Assembly: GCA_964016885.1 (NCBI GenBank)
Contig: OZ024743.1
Span: 138,508,001-138,572,000, forward strand
From: Eledone cirrhosa
Taxonomy: Eukaryota
Direction of reading: 5' to 3'
DNA length: 64,000 nt
Shown piece by piece: positions 51,301-62,809 of this stretch. The notes under the pieces were generated by a model, which worked only from the letters and a program-made list of their open reading frames with translations, did not search any database and had not been told where the DNA came from. How positions within the stretch are numbered: position 1 is the stretch's first letter; the number at the start of each line of letters is the position of its first letter. The position numbers were made by a program, and so were the translations under genes.

Positions 51301-54062
51301 TGTTTGGTGTTTGGTGCTTGGTGTTTGGTGTTTGGTGCTTGGTGTTTGGTGCTTGGTACTTGGTGCTTGGTGCTTGGTGTTAGGTGTTTGGTGCTTGGTG
51401 TTTGGTGCTTGGTGTTTGGTGCTTCGTGCTTGGTGCTTGGTGCTTGGTGTTTGGTGGTTGGTGTTTGGTGCTTGGTGTTAGGTGTTTGGTGCTTGGTGCT
51501 TGGTGTTTGGTGTTTGGTGCTTGGTGTTTGGTGTTTGGTGCTTGGTGTTTGCTGCTTTTTGCTTGGTGCTTGGTGTTTGGTGTTTGGTGCTTGGTGTTTG
51601 GTGTTTGGAGCTTGGTGTTTGGTGCTTTTTGCTTGGTGCTTGGTGCTTGGTGTTTGGTGCTTGGTGCTTGGTGTTTGGTGCTGGGTGCTTGGTGTTTGGT
51701 GTTTGGTGTTATATGCTTGGTGTTTGATGCTTGGTGCTTGGTGCTTGGTGTTTGGTGTTTGGTGCTTGGTGTTTGATGCTTGGTGCTTGGTGCTTGGTGT
51801 TTGGTGCTTGGTGCTTGGTGTTTGGTGCTTGGTGCTTGGTGTTTGGTGCTAGGTGTTTGGTGCTTGGTGTTTGGTGCTTGGTGCTTGGTGCTTGGTGCTT
51901 GGTGTTTGGTGGTTGGTGCTTGGTGCTTGTTGTTTGGTGTTTGGTGCTTGGTGTTTGGTGCTTGGTACTTGGTGCTTGGTGCTTGGTGTTAGTTGTTTGG
52001 TGCTTGGTGTTTGGTGTCTGGTTTTTGGTGCTTGGTGCTTGGTGTTTGGTGCTTGCTGCTGGCTGCTTGGTGTTTGGTGCTTGGTGATTGGTGCCTGGTG
52101 TTTGGTGCTTGGTGTTTGGTGTTTGGTGCTAGGTGGTTGGTGTTTGGTGCTTGGTGCTTGGTGTTTGTACTTGGTGCTTGGTGCTTGGTTCTTGGTGTTT
52201 GGTGCTTGGTGCTTGGTGTTTGGTGCTTGGTGCTTGGTGTTTGGTGCTTGGTGTTTGGTGCTTGGTGTTTGGTGCTTGGTGCTTGGTGCTTGGTGTTTGG
52301 TGCTTGGTGTTTGGTGCTTGGTGTTAGGTGTTTGGTGCTTGGTGCTTGGTGTTTGGTGTTTGGTTCTTGGTGTTTGGTGTTTGGTGTTATATGCTTGGTG
52401 TTTGATGCTTGGTGCTTGGTGCTTAGTGTTTGGTGCTTGGTGTTTGATGCTTGGTGCTTGGTGCTTGGTGTTTGGTGCTTGGTGCTTGGTGTTTGTACTT
52501 GGTGCTTGGTGCTTGGTTCTTGGTGTTTGGTGCTTGGTGCTTGGTGTTTGGTGTTTGGTGCTTGGTGTTTGGTGCTTGGTGTTTGGTGCTTGGTGCTTGG
52601 TGTTTGGTGCTTGGTGCTGGGTGGTTGGTGTTTAGTGCTTGGTGTTTGGTGCTTGGTGCTTGGTGTTTGGTGCTTGGTGTTTGGTGTTTGGTGCTTGGTG
52701 CTTGGTGTTTGGTGCTTGGTGTTTAGTGTTTGGTGCTTGGTGCTTAGTGTTTGGTGCTAGGTGCTTGGTGTTTGGTGCTTGGTGCTTGGTGTTTGGTGCC
52801 TGGTGCTTGGTGTTTGGTGTTTGGTGTTTGGTGCTTGGTGCTTGGTGTTTGGTGTTTGCTGTTTGCTGTTTGGTGTTTGGTGTTTGGTGTTGGTTGTTTG
52901 GTGTTAGCTGTTTGGTGTTTGGTGTTTGCTTTTTGGTGTTTGGTGTTTGCTGTATGTTGTTTGCTGTTTGGTGTTTGGTGTTTGGTGTTTGGTGCTTGTT
53001 GCTTGGTGTTTGGTGCTTGGTGCTTGGTGTTTGGTTCCTGGTGCTTGGTGCTTGGTGCTTGGTGTTTGGTGTTTGGTGCTTGGTGCTTGGAGTTTTGTGT
53101 TTGGTGCTTGGTGCTTGGTGTTTTGTGTTTCGTGTTTGGTTTTTGGTGCTTGGTGCTTGGTGCTTGGTCCTTGGTGTTTGGTGCTGGGTGCTTTGTGTTT
53201 GGGGCTTGGTGCTTGGTGCTTGGTGTTTGGTGTTTGCTGCTTGGTGTTTGATGCTTGGTGCTTGGTGTTTTGTGTTTGGTGCTTGGTGTTTGGTGCTTGG
53301 TGCTTGGTGTTTGTACTTGGTGCTTGGTGCTTGGTGTTTGGTTCTTGGTTCTTGGTGTTTGGTGTTTGGCGATTGGTGTTTGGTGCTTGGTGCTTGGTGT
53401 TTGGTGCCTGGTGCTTGGTGCTTGGTGCTTGGTGTTTCGTGTTTGGTGCTTGGTGCTTGGAGTTTGGTGTTTGGTGCTTGGTGCTTGGTGTTTTGTGTTT
53501 GGTGCTTGGTGTTTGATGCTTGGTGCTTGGTGCTTGGTGTTTTGTGTTTGGTGCTTGGTTCTTGGTGTTTGGTGCTTGGTGCTTGGTGCTTGGTGTTTGT
53601 ACTTGGTGCTTGGTGCTTGGTGTTTGGTTCTTGGTTCTTGGTGTTTTGTACTTGGTGCTTGGTGCTTGGTGCTTGATGTTTGGTGTTTGGTGGTTGGTGT
53701 TTGGTGCTTGGTGCTTGGTGCTTGGTGTTAGGTGTTTGGTGCTTGGTCCTTGGTGTTTGGTGCTTGGTGTTTGGTGTTTGCTGTCTGCTTTTTGGTGTTT
53801 AGTGTTTGCTGTATGGTGTTTGGTGTTTGCTGTTTGGTGTTTGGTCTTTGGTGCTTGGTGTTTGGTGCTTGGTGCTTGGTGTTTGGTGTTTGGTGCTTGG
53901 TGCTTGGTGTTTGGTGTTATACGCTTGGTGTTTGATGCTTGGTGCTTTGTGCTTGGTGTTTGGTGTTTGGTGTTTGTACTTGGTGCTTGGTGCTTGGTGC
54001 TTGGTGTTTGGTGCTTGGTGTTTGGTGCTTGGTGCTTGGTGCTTGGTGCTTGGTGCTTGGTG
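41229..54062. repeat. Near-identical tandem duplication of an A'BC trimer, period 6400/6428 bp
   Basis: Private markers sit at offset 6428: TTATAC (A 42580/49008), CTTGGGGTTTGATG (43076/49504), TTGGGGC (46773/53201). ORF pairs give 6400 before a 28-bp indel near 42565 (41264/47664) and 6428 after it (42710/49138 through 47378/53806). Confidence 0.92.
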
Positions 54063-54584
54063 TTTGGTGGTTGGTGTTTGGTGCTTGGTGTTAGGTGTTT
54101 GGTGCTTGGTGCTTGGTGTTTGGTGTTTGGTGCTTGGTGTTTGGTGTTTGGTGCTTGGTGTTTGGTGCTTGGTACTTGGTGCTTGGTGCTTGGTGTTAGG
54201 CGTTTGGTGCTTGGTGTTTGGTGCTTGGTGTTTGGTGCTTGGTGCTTGGTGCTTGGTGCTTGGTGTTTGGTGGTTGGTGTTTAGTGCTTGGTGTTAGTTG
54301 TTTGGTGCTTGGTGCTTGGTGTTTGGTGTTTGGTGCTTGGTGTTTGGTGTTTGGTGCTTGGTGTTTGGTGCTTTTTGCTTGGTGCTTGGTGCTTGGTGTT
54401 TGGTGCTTGGTGCTTGGTGTTTGGTGCTGGGTGCTTGGTGTTTGGTGTTTGGTGTTATATGCTTGGTGTTTGATGCTTGGTGCTTGGTGCTTGGTGTTTG
54501 ATGCTTGGTGCTTGGTGCTTGGTGTTTGGTGCTTGGTGCTTGGTGTTTGGTGCTTGGTGCTTGGTGTTTGGTGCTTGGTGTTTG

Positions 54585-54890
54585 GTGCTTGATGTTTGGT
54601 GCTTGGTGCTTGGTATTTGGTGTTTGCTGCTTGGTGTCTGGTGCTTGGTGTTTGGTGCTTGGTGTTTGGTGTTTGGTGTTTGGTGCTTGGTGCTTGGTGT
54701 TTGGTGCTTGGTGTTTGGTGTTTGGTGCTTGGTGTTTGGTGCTTGATGTTTGGTGCTTGGTGCTTGGTATTTGGTGTTTGCTGCTTGGTGTCTGGTGCTT
54801 GGTGTTTGGTGCTTGGTGTTTGGTGCTTGGTGTTTGGTGCTTGGTGCTTGGTGTTTGGTGCTTGGTGTTTGGTGCTTGATGTTTGGTGCT
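54585..54890. repeat. Local 154-bp + 133-bp tandem expansion not present in the homologous 34.7 kb copy
   Basis: CTTGATGTTT has its A at 54592, 54746 and 54879. The marker GGTATTTGGTGTTTGCTGCTTGGTGTCTGG has its A at 54615 and 54769. The offset to the earlier copy jumps from 19822 to 20109 (+287 = 154 + 133). Confidence 0.8.
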
Positions 54891-54979
54891 TGGTGCTTGG
54901 TGCTTGGTGCTTGGTGTTTGGTGGTTGGTGCTTGGTGCTTGGTGTTAGGTGTTTGGTGCTTGGTGCTTGGTGTTTGGTG

Positions 54980-57900
54980 TTTGGTGCTTGGTGTTTGGTG
55001 TTTGGTGCTTGCTGCTGGCTGTTTGGTGTTTGGTGCTTGGTGATTGGTGCTTGGTGTTTGGTGCTTGGTGTTTGGTGTTTGGTGCTAGGTGCTTGGTGTT
55101 TGGTGCTTGGTGCTTGGTGTTTGTACTTGGTGCTTGGTGCTTGGTTCTTGGTGTTTGGTGCTTGGTGCTTGGTGTTTGGTGCTTGGTGCTTGGTGTTTGG
55201 TGCTTGGTGTTTGGTGCTTGGTGTTTGGTGCTTGGTTCTTGGTGCTTGGTGTTTGGTGCTTGGTGTTTGGTGCTTGGTGTTAGGTGTTTGGTGCTTGGTG
55301 TTTGGTGCTTGGTACTTGGTGCTTGGTGCTTTGTGTTAGGTGTTTGGTGCTTGGTGTTTGGTGTCTGGTTTTTGGTGCTTGGTGCTTGGTGTTTGGTGCT
55401 TGCTGCTGGCTGCTTGGTGTTTGGTGCTTGGTGATTGGTGCTTGGTGTTTGGTGCTTGGTGTTTGGTGTTTGGTGCTAGATGCTTGGTGTTTGGTGCTTG
55501 GTGCTTGGTGTTTGTACTTGGTGCTTGGTGCTTGGTTCTTGGTGTTTGGTGCTTGGTGCTTGGTGTTTGGTGCTTGGTGCTTGGTGTTTGGTGCTTGGTG
55601 TTTGGTGCTTGGTGCTTGGTGCTTGGTGTTTGTACTTGGTGCTTGGTGCTTGGTGTTTGGTTCTTGGTTCTTGGTGTTTGGTACTTGGTGCTTGGTGCTT
55701 GGTGCTTGATGTTTGGTGTTTGGTGGTTGGTGTTTGGTGCTTGGTGCTTGGTGCTTGGTGTTAGGTGTTTGGTGCTTGGTCCTTGGTGTTTGGTTTTTGG
55801 TGTTTGGTGTTTGCTGTCTGCTTTTTGGTGTTTAGTGTTTGCTGTATGGTGTTTGGTGTTTGCTGTTTGGTGTTTGGTCTTTGGTGCTTGGTGTTTGGTG
55901 CTTGGTGCTTGGTGTTTGGTGTTTGGTGCTTGGTGCTTGGTGTTTGGTGTTATATGCTTGGTGTTTGATGCTTGGTGCTTGGTGCTTGGTGTTTGGTGTT
56001 TGGTGTTTGTACTTGGTGCTTGGTGCTTGGTGCTTGGTGTTTGGTGCTTGGTGTTTGGTGCTTGGTGCTTGGTGCTTGGTGCTTGGTGCTTGGTGTTTGG
56101 TGGTTGGTGTTTGGTGCTTGGTGTTAGGTGTTTGGTGCTTGGTGCTTGGTGTTTGGTGTTTGGTGCTTGGTGTTTGGTGTTTGATGCTTGGTGCTTGGTG
56201 CTTGGTGTTTGGTCTTTGGTGCTTGGTGTTTGTACTTGGTGCTTGGTGCTTGGTGCTTGGTGTTTGGTGCTTGGTGTTTGGTGCTTGGTGCTTGGTGCTT
56301 GGTGCTTGGTGTTTGGTGGTTGGTGTTTGGTGCTTGGTGTTAGGTGTTTGGTGCTTGGTGTTTGGTGTTTGGTGCTTGGTGTTTGGTGCTTGGTACTTGG
56401 TGCTTGGTGCTTGGTGTTAGGTGTTTGGTGCTTGGTGCTTGGTGCTTGGTGTTTGGTGCTTGGTGTTTGGTGCTTGGTGCTTGGTGCTTGGTGCTTGGTG
56501 CTTGGTGTTTGGTGGTTGGTGTTTGGTGCTTGGTGTTAGGTGTTTGGTGCTTGATGCTTGGTGTTTGGTGCTTTTTGCTTGGTGCTTGGTGCTTGGTGTT
56601 TGGTGCTTGATGCTTGGTGTTTGGTGCTGGGTGCTTGGTGCTTGGTGTTTGGTGTTTGGTGATTGGTGCTTGGTGTTTGGTGTTTGGTGTTTGGTGTTAT
56701 ATGCTTGGTGTTTGATGCTTGGTGCTTGGTGCTTGGTGTTTGGTACTTGGTGATTGATGCTTGGTGCTTGGTGCTTGGTGTTTGGTGCTTGGTGCTTGGT
56801 GTTTGGTGCTTGGTGCTTGGTGTTTGGTGCTTGGTGTTTGGTGCTTGGTGTTTGGTGCTTGGTGCTTGGTGTTTGGTGCTTGGTGCTTGGTGTTTGGTAC
56901 TTGGTGATTGATGCTTGGTGCTTGGTGCTTGGTGTTTGGTGCTTGGTGCTTGGTGCTTGGTGCTTGGTGTTTGGTGGTTGGTGCTTGGTGCTTGGTGTTA
57001 GGTGTTTGGTGCTTGGTGCTTGGTGTTTGGTGTTTGGTGCTTGGTGTTTGGTGTTTGGTGCTTGGTGTTTGGTGCTTGGTACTTGGTGCTTGGTGCTTGG
57101 TGTTAGGTGTTTGGTGCTTGGTGCTTGGTGTCTGGTTTTTGGTGCTTGGTGCTTGGTGTTTGGTGTTTGGTGCTTGCTGCTGGCTGCTTGGTGTTTGGTG
57201 CTTGGTGATTGGTGCTTGGTGTTTGGTGCTTGGTGTTTGGTGTTTGGTGCTAGGTGCTTGGTGTTTGGTGCTTGGTGCTTGGTGTTTGTACTTGGTGCTT
57301 GGTGCTTGGTTCTTGGTGTTTGGTGCTTGGTGCTTGGTGTTTGGTGCTTGGTGCTTGGTTTTTGGTGCTTGGTGATTGGTGCTTGGTGTTTGGTGCTTGG
57401 TGCTTGGTGCTTGGTGTTTGGTGCTTGGTGTTTGGTGCTTGGTGTTAGGTCTTTGGTACTTGGTGTTTGGTGTTATATGCTTGGTGTTTGATGCTTGGTG
57501 CTTGGTGCTTGGTGTTTGGTGCTTGGTGCTTGATGCTTGATGCTTGGTTCTTGGTGTTTGGTGCTTGGTCCTTGGTGTTTGGTGCTTGGTGTTTGGTGTT
57601 TGCTGTCTGCTTTTTGGTGTTTAGTGTTTGCTGTATGGTGTTTGGTGTTTGCTGTTTGGTGTTTGGTCTTTGGTGCTTGGTGTTTGGTGCTTGGTGCTTG
57701 GTGTTTGGTGTTTGGTGCTTGGTGCTTGGTGTTTGGTGTTATATGCTTGGTGTTTGATGCTTGGTGCTTGGTGCTTGGTGTTTGGTGTTTGGTGTTTGTA
57801 CTTGGTGCTTGGTGCTTGGTGCTTGGTGTTTGGTGCTTGGTGTTTGGTGCTTGGTGCTTGGTGCTTGGTGCTTGGTGCTTGGTGTTTGGTGGTTGGTGTT

Positions 57901-60900
57901 TGGTGCTTGGTGTTAGGTGTTTGGTGCTTGGTGCTTGGTGTTTGGTGTTTGGTGCTTGGTGTTTGGTGTTTGGTGCTTGGTGTTTGGTGCTTGGTACTTG
58001 GTGCTTGGTGCTTGGTGTTAGGTGTTTGGTGCTTGGTGCTTGGTGTTTGGTGTTTGGTGCTTGGTGTTTGGTGTTTGATGCTTGGTGCTTGGTGCTTTGT
58101 GTTTGGTCTTTGGTGCTTGGTGTTTGTACTTGGTGCTTGGTGCTTGGTGCTTGGTGTTTGGTGCTTGGTGTTTGGTGCTTGGTGCTTGGTGCTTGGTGTT
58201 TGGTGCTTGGTACTTGGTGCTTGGTGCTTGGTGTTAGGTGTTTGGTGCTTGGTGCTTGGTGCTTGGTGCTTGGTGTTAGGTGTTTGGTGCTTGATGCTTG
58301 GTGTTTGGTGCTTTTTGCTTGGTGCTTGGTGCTTGGTGTTTGGTGCTTGATGCTTGGTGTTTGGTGCTGGGTGCTTGGTGCTTGGTGTTTGGTGTTTGGT
58401 GATTGGTGTTATATGCTTGGTGTTTGATGCTTGGTGCTTGGTGCTTGGTGTTTGGTACTTGGTGATTGATGCTTGGTGCTTGGTGCTTGGTGTTTGGTGC
58501 TTGGTGCTTGGTGTTTGGTGCTTGGTGCTTGGTGTTTGGTGCTTGGTGTTTGGTGCTTGGTGTTTGGTGATTGGTGCTTGGTGCTTGGTGCTTGGTGCTT
58601 GGTGTTTGGTGGTTGGTGCTTGGTGCTTGGTGTTAGGTGTTTGGTGCTTGGTGCTTGGTGTTTGGTGTTTGGTGCTTGGTGTTTGGTGTTTGGTGCTTGG
58701 TGTTTGGTGCTTGGTACTTGGTGCTTGGTGCTTGGTGTTAGGTGTTTGGTGCTTGGTGCTTGGTGTCTGGTTTTTGGTGCTTGGTGCTTGGTGTTTGGTG
58801 TTTGGTGCTTGCTGCTGGCTGCTTGGTGTTTGGTGCTTGGTGATTGGTGCTTGGTGTTTGGTGCTTGGTGTTTGGTGTTTGGTGCTAGGTGCTTGGTGTT
58901 TGGTGCTTGGTGCTTGGTGTTTGTACTTGGTGCTTGGTGCTTGGTTCTTGGTGTTTGATGCTTGGTGCTTGGTGTTTGGTGCTTGGTGCTTGGTGTTTGG
59001 TGCTTGGTGTTTGGTGCTTGGTGTTTGGTGCTTGGTTCTTGGTGCTTGGTGTTTGGTGCTTGGTGTTTGGTGCTTGGTGTTAGGTGTTTGGTGCTTGGTG
59101 TTTGGTGCTTGGTACTTGGTGCTTGGTGCTTTGTGTTAGGTGTTTGGTGCTTGGTGTTTGGTGTCTGGTTTTTGGTGCTTGGTGCTTGGTGTTTGGTGCT
59201 TGCTGCTGGCTGCTTGGTGTTTGGTGCTTGGTGATTGGTGCTTGGTGTTTGGTGCTTGGTGTTTGGTGTTTGGTGCTAGATGCTTGGTGTTTGGTGCTTG
59301 GTGCTTGGTGTTTGTACTTGGTGCTTGGTGCTTGGTTCTTGGTGTTTGGTGCTTGGTGCTTGGTGTTTGGTGCTTGGTGCTTGGTGTTTGGTGCTTGGTG
59401 TTTGGTGCTTGGTGCTTGGTGCTTGGTGTTTGTACTTGGTGCTTGGTGCTTGGTGTTTGGTTCTTGGTTCTTGGTGTTTGGTACTTGGTGCTTGGTGCTT
59501 GGTGCTTGATGTTTGGTGTTTGGTGGTTGGTGTTTGGTGCTTGGTGCTTGGTGCTTGGTGTTAGGTGTTTGGTGCTTGGTCCTTGGTGTTTGGTTTTTGG
59601 TGTTTGGTGTTTGCTGTCTGCTTTTTGGTGTTTAGTGTTTGCTGTATGGTGTTTGGTGTTTGCTGTTTGGTGTTTGGTCTTTGGTGCTTGGTGTTTGGTG
59701 CTTGGTGCTTGGTGTTTGGTGTTTGGTGCTTGGTGCTTGGTGTTTGGTGTTATATGCTTGGTGTTTGATGCTTGGTGCTTGGTGCTTGGTGTTTGGTGTT
59801 TGGTGTTTGTACTTGGTGCTTGGTGCTTGGTGCTTGGTGTTTGGTGCTTGGTGTTTGGTGCTTGGTGCTTGGTGCTTGGTGCTTGGTGCTTGGTGTTTGG
59901 TGGTTGGTGTTTGGTGCTTGGTGTTAGGTGTTTGGTGCTTGGTGCTTGGTGTTTGGTGTTTGGTGCTTGGTGTTTGGTGTTTGATGCTTGGTGCTTGGTG
60001 CTTGGTGTTTGGTCTTTGGTGCTTGGTGTTTGTACTTGGTGCTTGGTGCTTGGTGCTTGGTGTTTGGTGCTTGGTGTTTGGTGCTTGGTGCTTGGTGCTT
60101 GGTGCTTGGTGTTTGGTGGTTGGTGTTTGGTGCTTGGTGTTAGGTGTTTGGTGCTTGGTGTTTGGTGTTTGGTGCTTGGTGTTTGGTGCTTGGTACTTGG
60201 TGCTTGGTGCTTGGTGTTAGGTGTTTGGTGCTTGGTGCTTGGTGCTTGGTGTTTGGTGCTTGGTGTTTGGTGCTTGGTGCTTGGTGCTTGGTGCTTGGTG
60301 CTTGGTGTTTGGTGTTTGGTGTTTGGTGCTTGGTGTTAGGTGTTTGGTGCTTGATGCTTGGTGTTTGGTGCTTTTTGCTTGGTGCTTGGTGCTTGGTGTT
60401 TGGTGCTTGATGCTTGGTGTTTGGTGCTGGGTGCTTGGTGCTTGGTGTTTGGTGTTTGGTGATTGGTGCTTGGTGTTTGGTGTTTGGTGTTTGGTGTTAT
60501 ATGCTTGGTGTTTGATGCTTGGTGCTTGGTGCTTGGTGTTTGGTACTTGGTGATTGATGCTTGGTGCTTGGTGCTTGGTGTTTGGTGCTTGGTGCTTGGT
60601 GTTTGGTGCTTGGTGCTTGGTGTTTGGTGCTTGGTGTTTGGTGCTTGGTGTTTGGTGCTTGGTGCTTGGTGTTTGGTGCTTGGTGCTTGGTGTTTGGTAC
60701 TTGGTGATTGATGCTTGGTGCTTGGTGCTTGGTGTTTGGTGCTTGGTGCTTGGTGCTTGGTGCTTGGTGTTTGGTGGTTGGTGCTTGGTGCTTGGTGTTA
60801 GGTGTTTGGTGCTTGGTGCTTGGTGTTTGGTGTTTGGTGCTTGGTGTTTGGTGTTTGGTGCTTGGTGTTTGGTGCTTGGTACTTGGTGCTTGGTGCTTGG

Positions 60901-62809
60901 TGTTAGGTGTTTGGTGCTTGGTGCTTGGTGTCTGGTTTTTGGTGCTTGGTGCTTGGTGTTTGGTGTTTGGTGCTTGCTGCTGGCTGCTTGGTGTTTGGTG
61001 CTTGGTGATTGGTGCTTGGTGTTTGGTGCTTGGTGTTTGGTGTTTGGTGCTAGGTGCTTGGTGTTTGGTGCTTGGTGCATGGTGTTTGTACTTGGTGCTT
61101 GGTGCTTGGTTCTTGGTGTTTGGTGCTTGGTGCTTGGTGTTTGGTGCTTGGTGCTTGGTTTTTGGTGCTTGGTGATTGGTGCTTGGTGTTTGGTGCTTGG
61201 TGCTTGGTGCTTGGTGTTTGGTGCTTGGTGTTTGGTGCTTGGTGTTAGGTCTTTGGTACTTGGTGTTTGGTGTTATATGCTTGGTGTTTGATGCTTGGTG
61301 CTTGGTGCTTGGTGTTTGGTGCTTGGTGCTTGATGCTTGATGCTTGGTTCTTGGTGTTTGGTGCTTGGTCCTTGGTGTTTGGTGCTTGGTGTTTGGTGTT
61401 TGCTGTCTGCTTTTTGGTGTTTAGTGTTTGCTGTATGGTGTTTGGTGTTTGCTGTTTGGTGTTTGGTCTTTGGTGCTTGGTGTTTGGTGCTTGGTGCTTG
61501 GTGTTTGGTGTTTGGTGCTTGGTGCTTGGTGTTTGGTGTTATATGCTTGGTGTTTGATGCTTGGTGCTTGGTGCTTGGTGTTTGGTGTTTGGTGTTTGTA
61601 CTTGGTGCTTGGTGCTTGGTGCTTGGTGTTTGGTGCTTGGTGTTTGGTGCTTGGTGCTTGGTGCTTGGTGCTTGGTGCTTGGTGTTTGGTGGTTGGTGTT
61701 TGGTGCTTGGTGTTAGGTGTTTGGTGCTTGGTGCTTGGTGTTTGGTGTTTGGTGCTTGGTGTTTGGTGTTTGGTGCTTGGTGTTTGGTGCTTGGTACTTG
61801 GTGCTTGGTGCTTGGTGTTAGGTGTTTGGTGCTTGGTGCTTGGTGTTTGGTGTTTGGTGCTTGGTGTTTGGTGTTTGATGCTTGGTGCTTGGTGCTTTGT
61901 GTTTGGTCTTTGGTGCTTGGTGTTTGTACTTGGTGCTTGGTGCTTGGTGCTTGGTGTTTGGTGCTTGGTGTTTGGTGCTTGGTGCTTGGTGCTTGGTGTT
62001 TGGTGCTTGGTACTTGGTGCTTGGTGCTTGGTGTTAGGTGTTTGGTGCTTGGTGCTTGGTGCTTGGTGCTTGGTGTTAGGTGTTTGGTGCTTGATGCTTG
62101 GTGTTTGGTGCTTTTTGCTTGGTGCTTGGTGCTTGGTGTTTGGTGCTTGATGCTTGGTGTTTGGTGCTGGGTGCTTGGTGCTTGGTGTTTGGTGTTTGGT
62201 GATTGGTGTTATATGCTTGGTGTTTGATGCTTGGTGCTTGGTGCTTGGTGTTTGGTACTTGGTGATTGATGCTTGGTGCTTGGTGCTTGGTGTTTGGTGC
62301 TTGGTGCTTGGTGTTTGGTGCTTGGTGCTTGGTGTTTGGTGCTTGGTGTTTGGTGCTTGGTGTTTGGTGATTGGTGCTTGGTGCTTGGTGCTTGGTGCTT
62401 GGTGTTTGGTGGTTGGTGCTTGGTGCTTGGTGTTAGGTGTTTGGTGCTTGGTGCTTGGTGTTTGGTGTTTGGTGCTTGGTGTTTGGTGTTTGGTGCTTGG
62501 TGTTTGGTGCTTGGTACTTGGTGCTTGGTGCTTGGTGTTAGGTGTTTGGTGCTTGGTGCTTGGTGTCTGGTTTTTGGTGCTTGGTGCTTGGTGTTTGGTG
62601 TTTGGTGCTTGCTGGTGGCTGCTTGGTGTTTGGTGCTTGGTGATTGGTGCTTGGTGTTTGGTGCTTGGTGTTTGGTGTTTGGTGCTAGGTGCTTGGTGTT
62701 TGGTGCTTGGTGCTTGGTGTTTGTACTTGGTGCTTGGTGCTTGGTTCTTGGTGTTTGGTGCTTGGTGCTTGGTGTTTGGTGCTTGGTGCTTGGTGTTTGG
62801 TGCTTGGTG
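54980..62809. repeat. Near-identical tandem duplication of domain D, period 3800 bp
   Basis: TGGTGCTAGA occurs at 55471/59271 and CTTTGGTACT at 57451/61251. ORF pairs from 55284/59084 through 58889/62689 are all offset 3800 with no indel. Confidence 0.93.

Noticed and set aside
19753-61080. Minus-strand ORFs of KHQAPST/KHQTPNT repeats (19753-20208, 23678-24106, 24342-25775, 29854-30309, 60217-61080)
   Set aside because: Each begins at a sporadic CAT point variant (TTCATGG, GCATGG), usually absent from paralogous copies. Their length reflects T-poverty of the minus strand, and no frame is preferentially preserved.
62611-62618. E. coli Chi octamer GCTGGTGG
   Set aside because: It is a single occurrence created by one substitution (the paralog at 58811 reads GCTGCTGG), which is expected by chance in a TGGTG-rich array.
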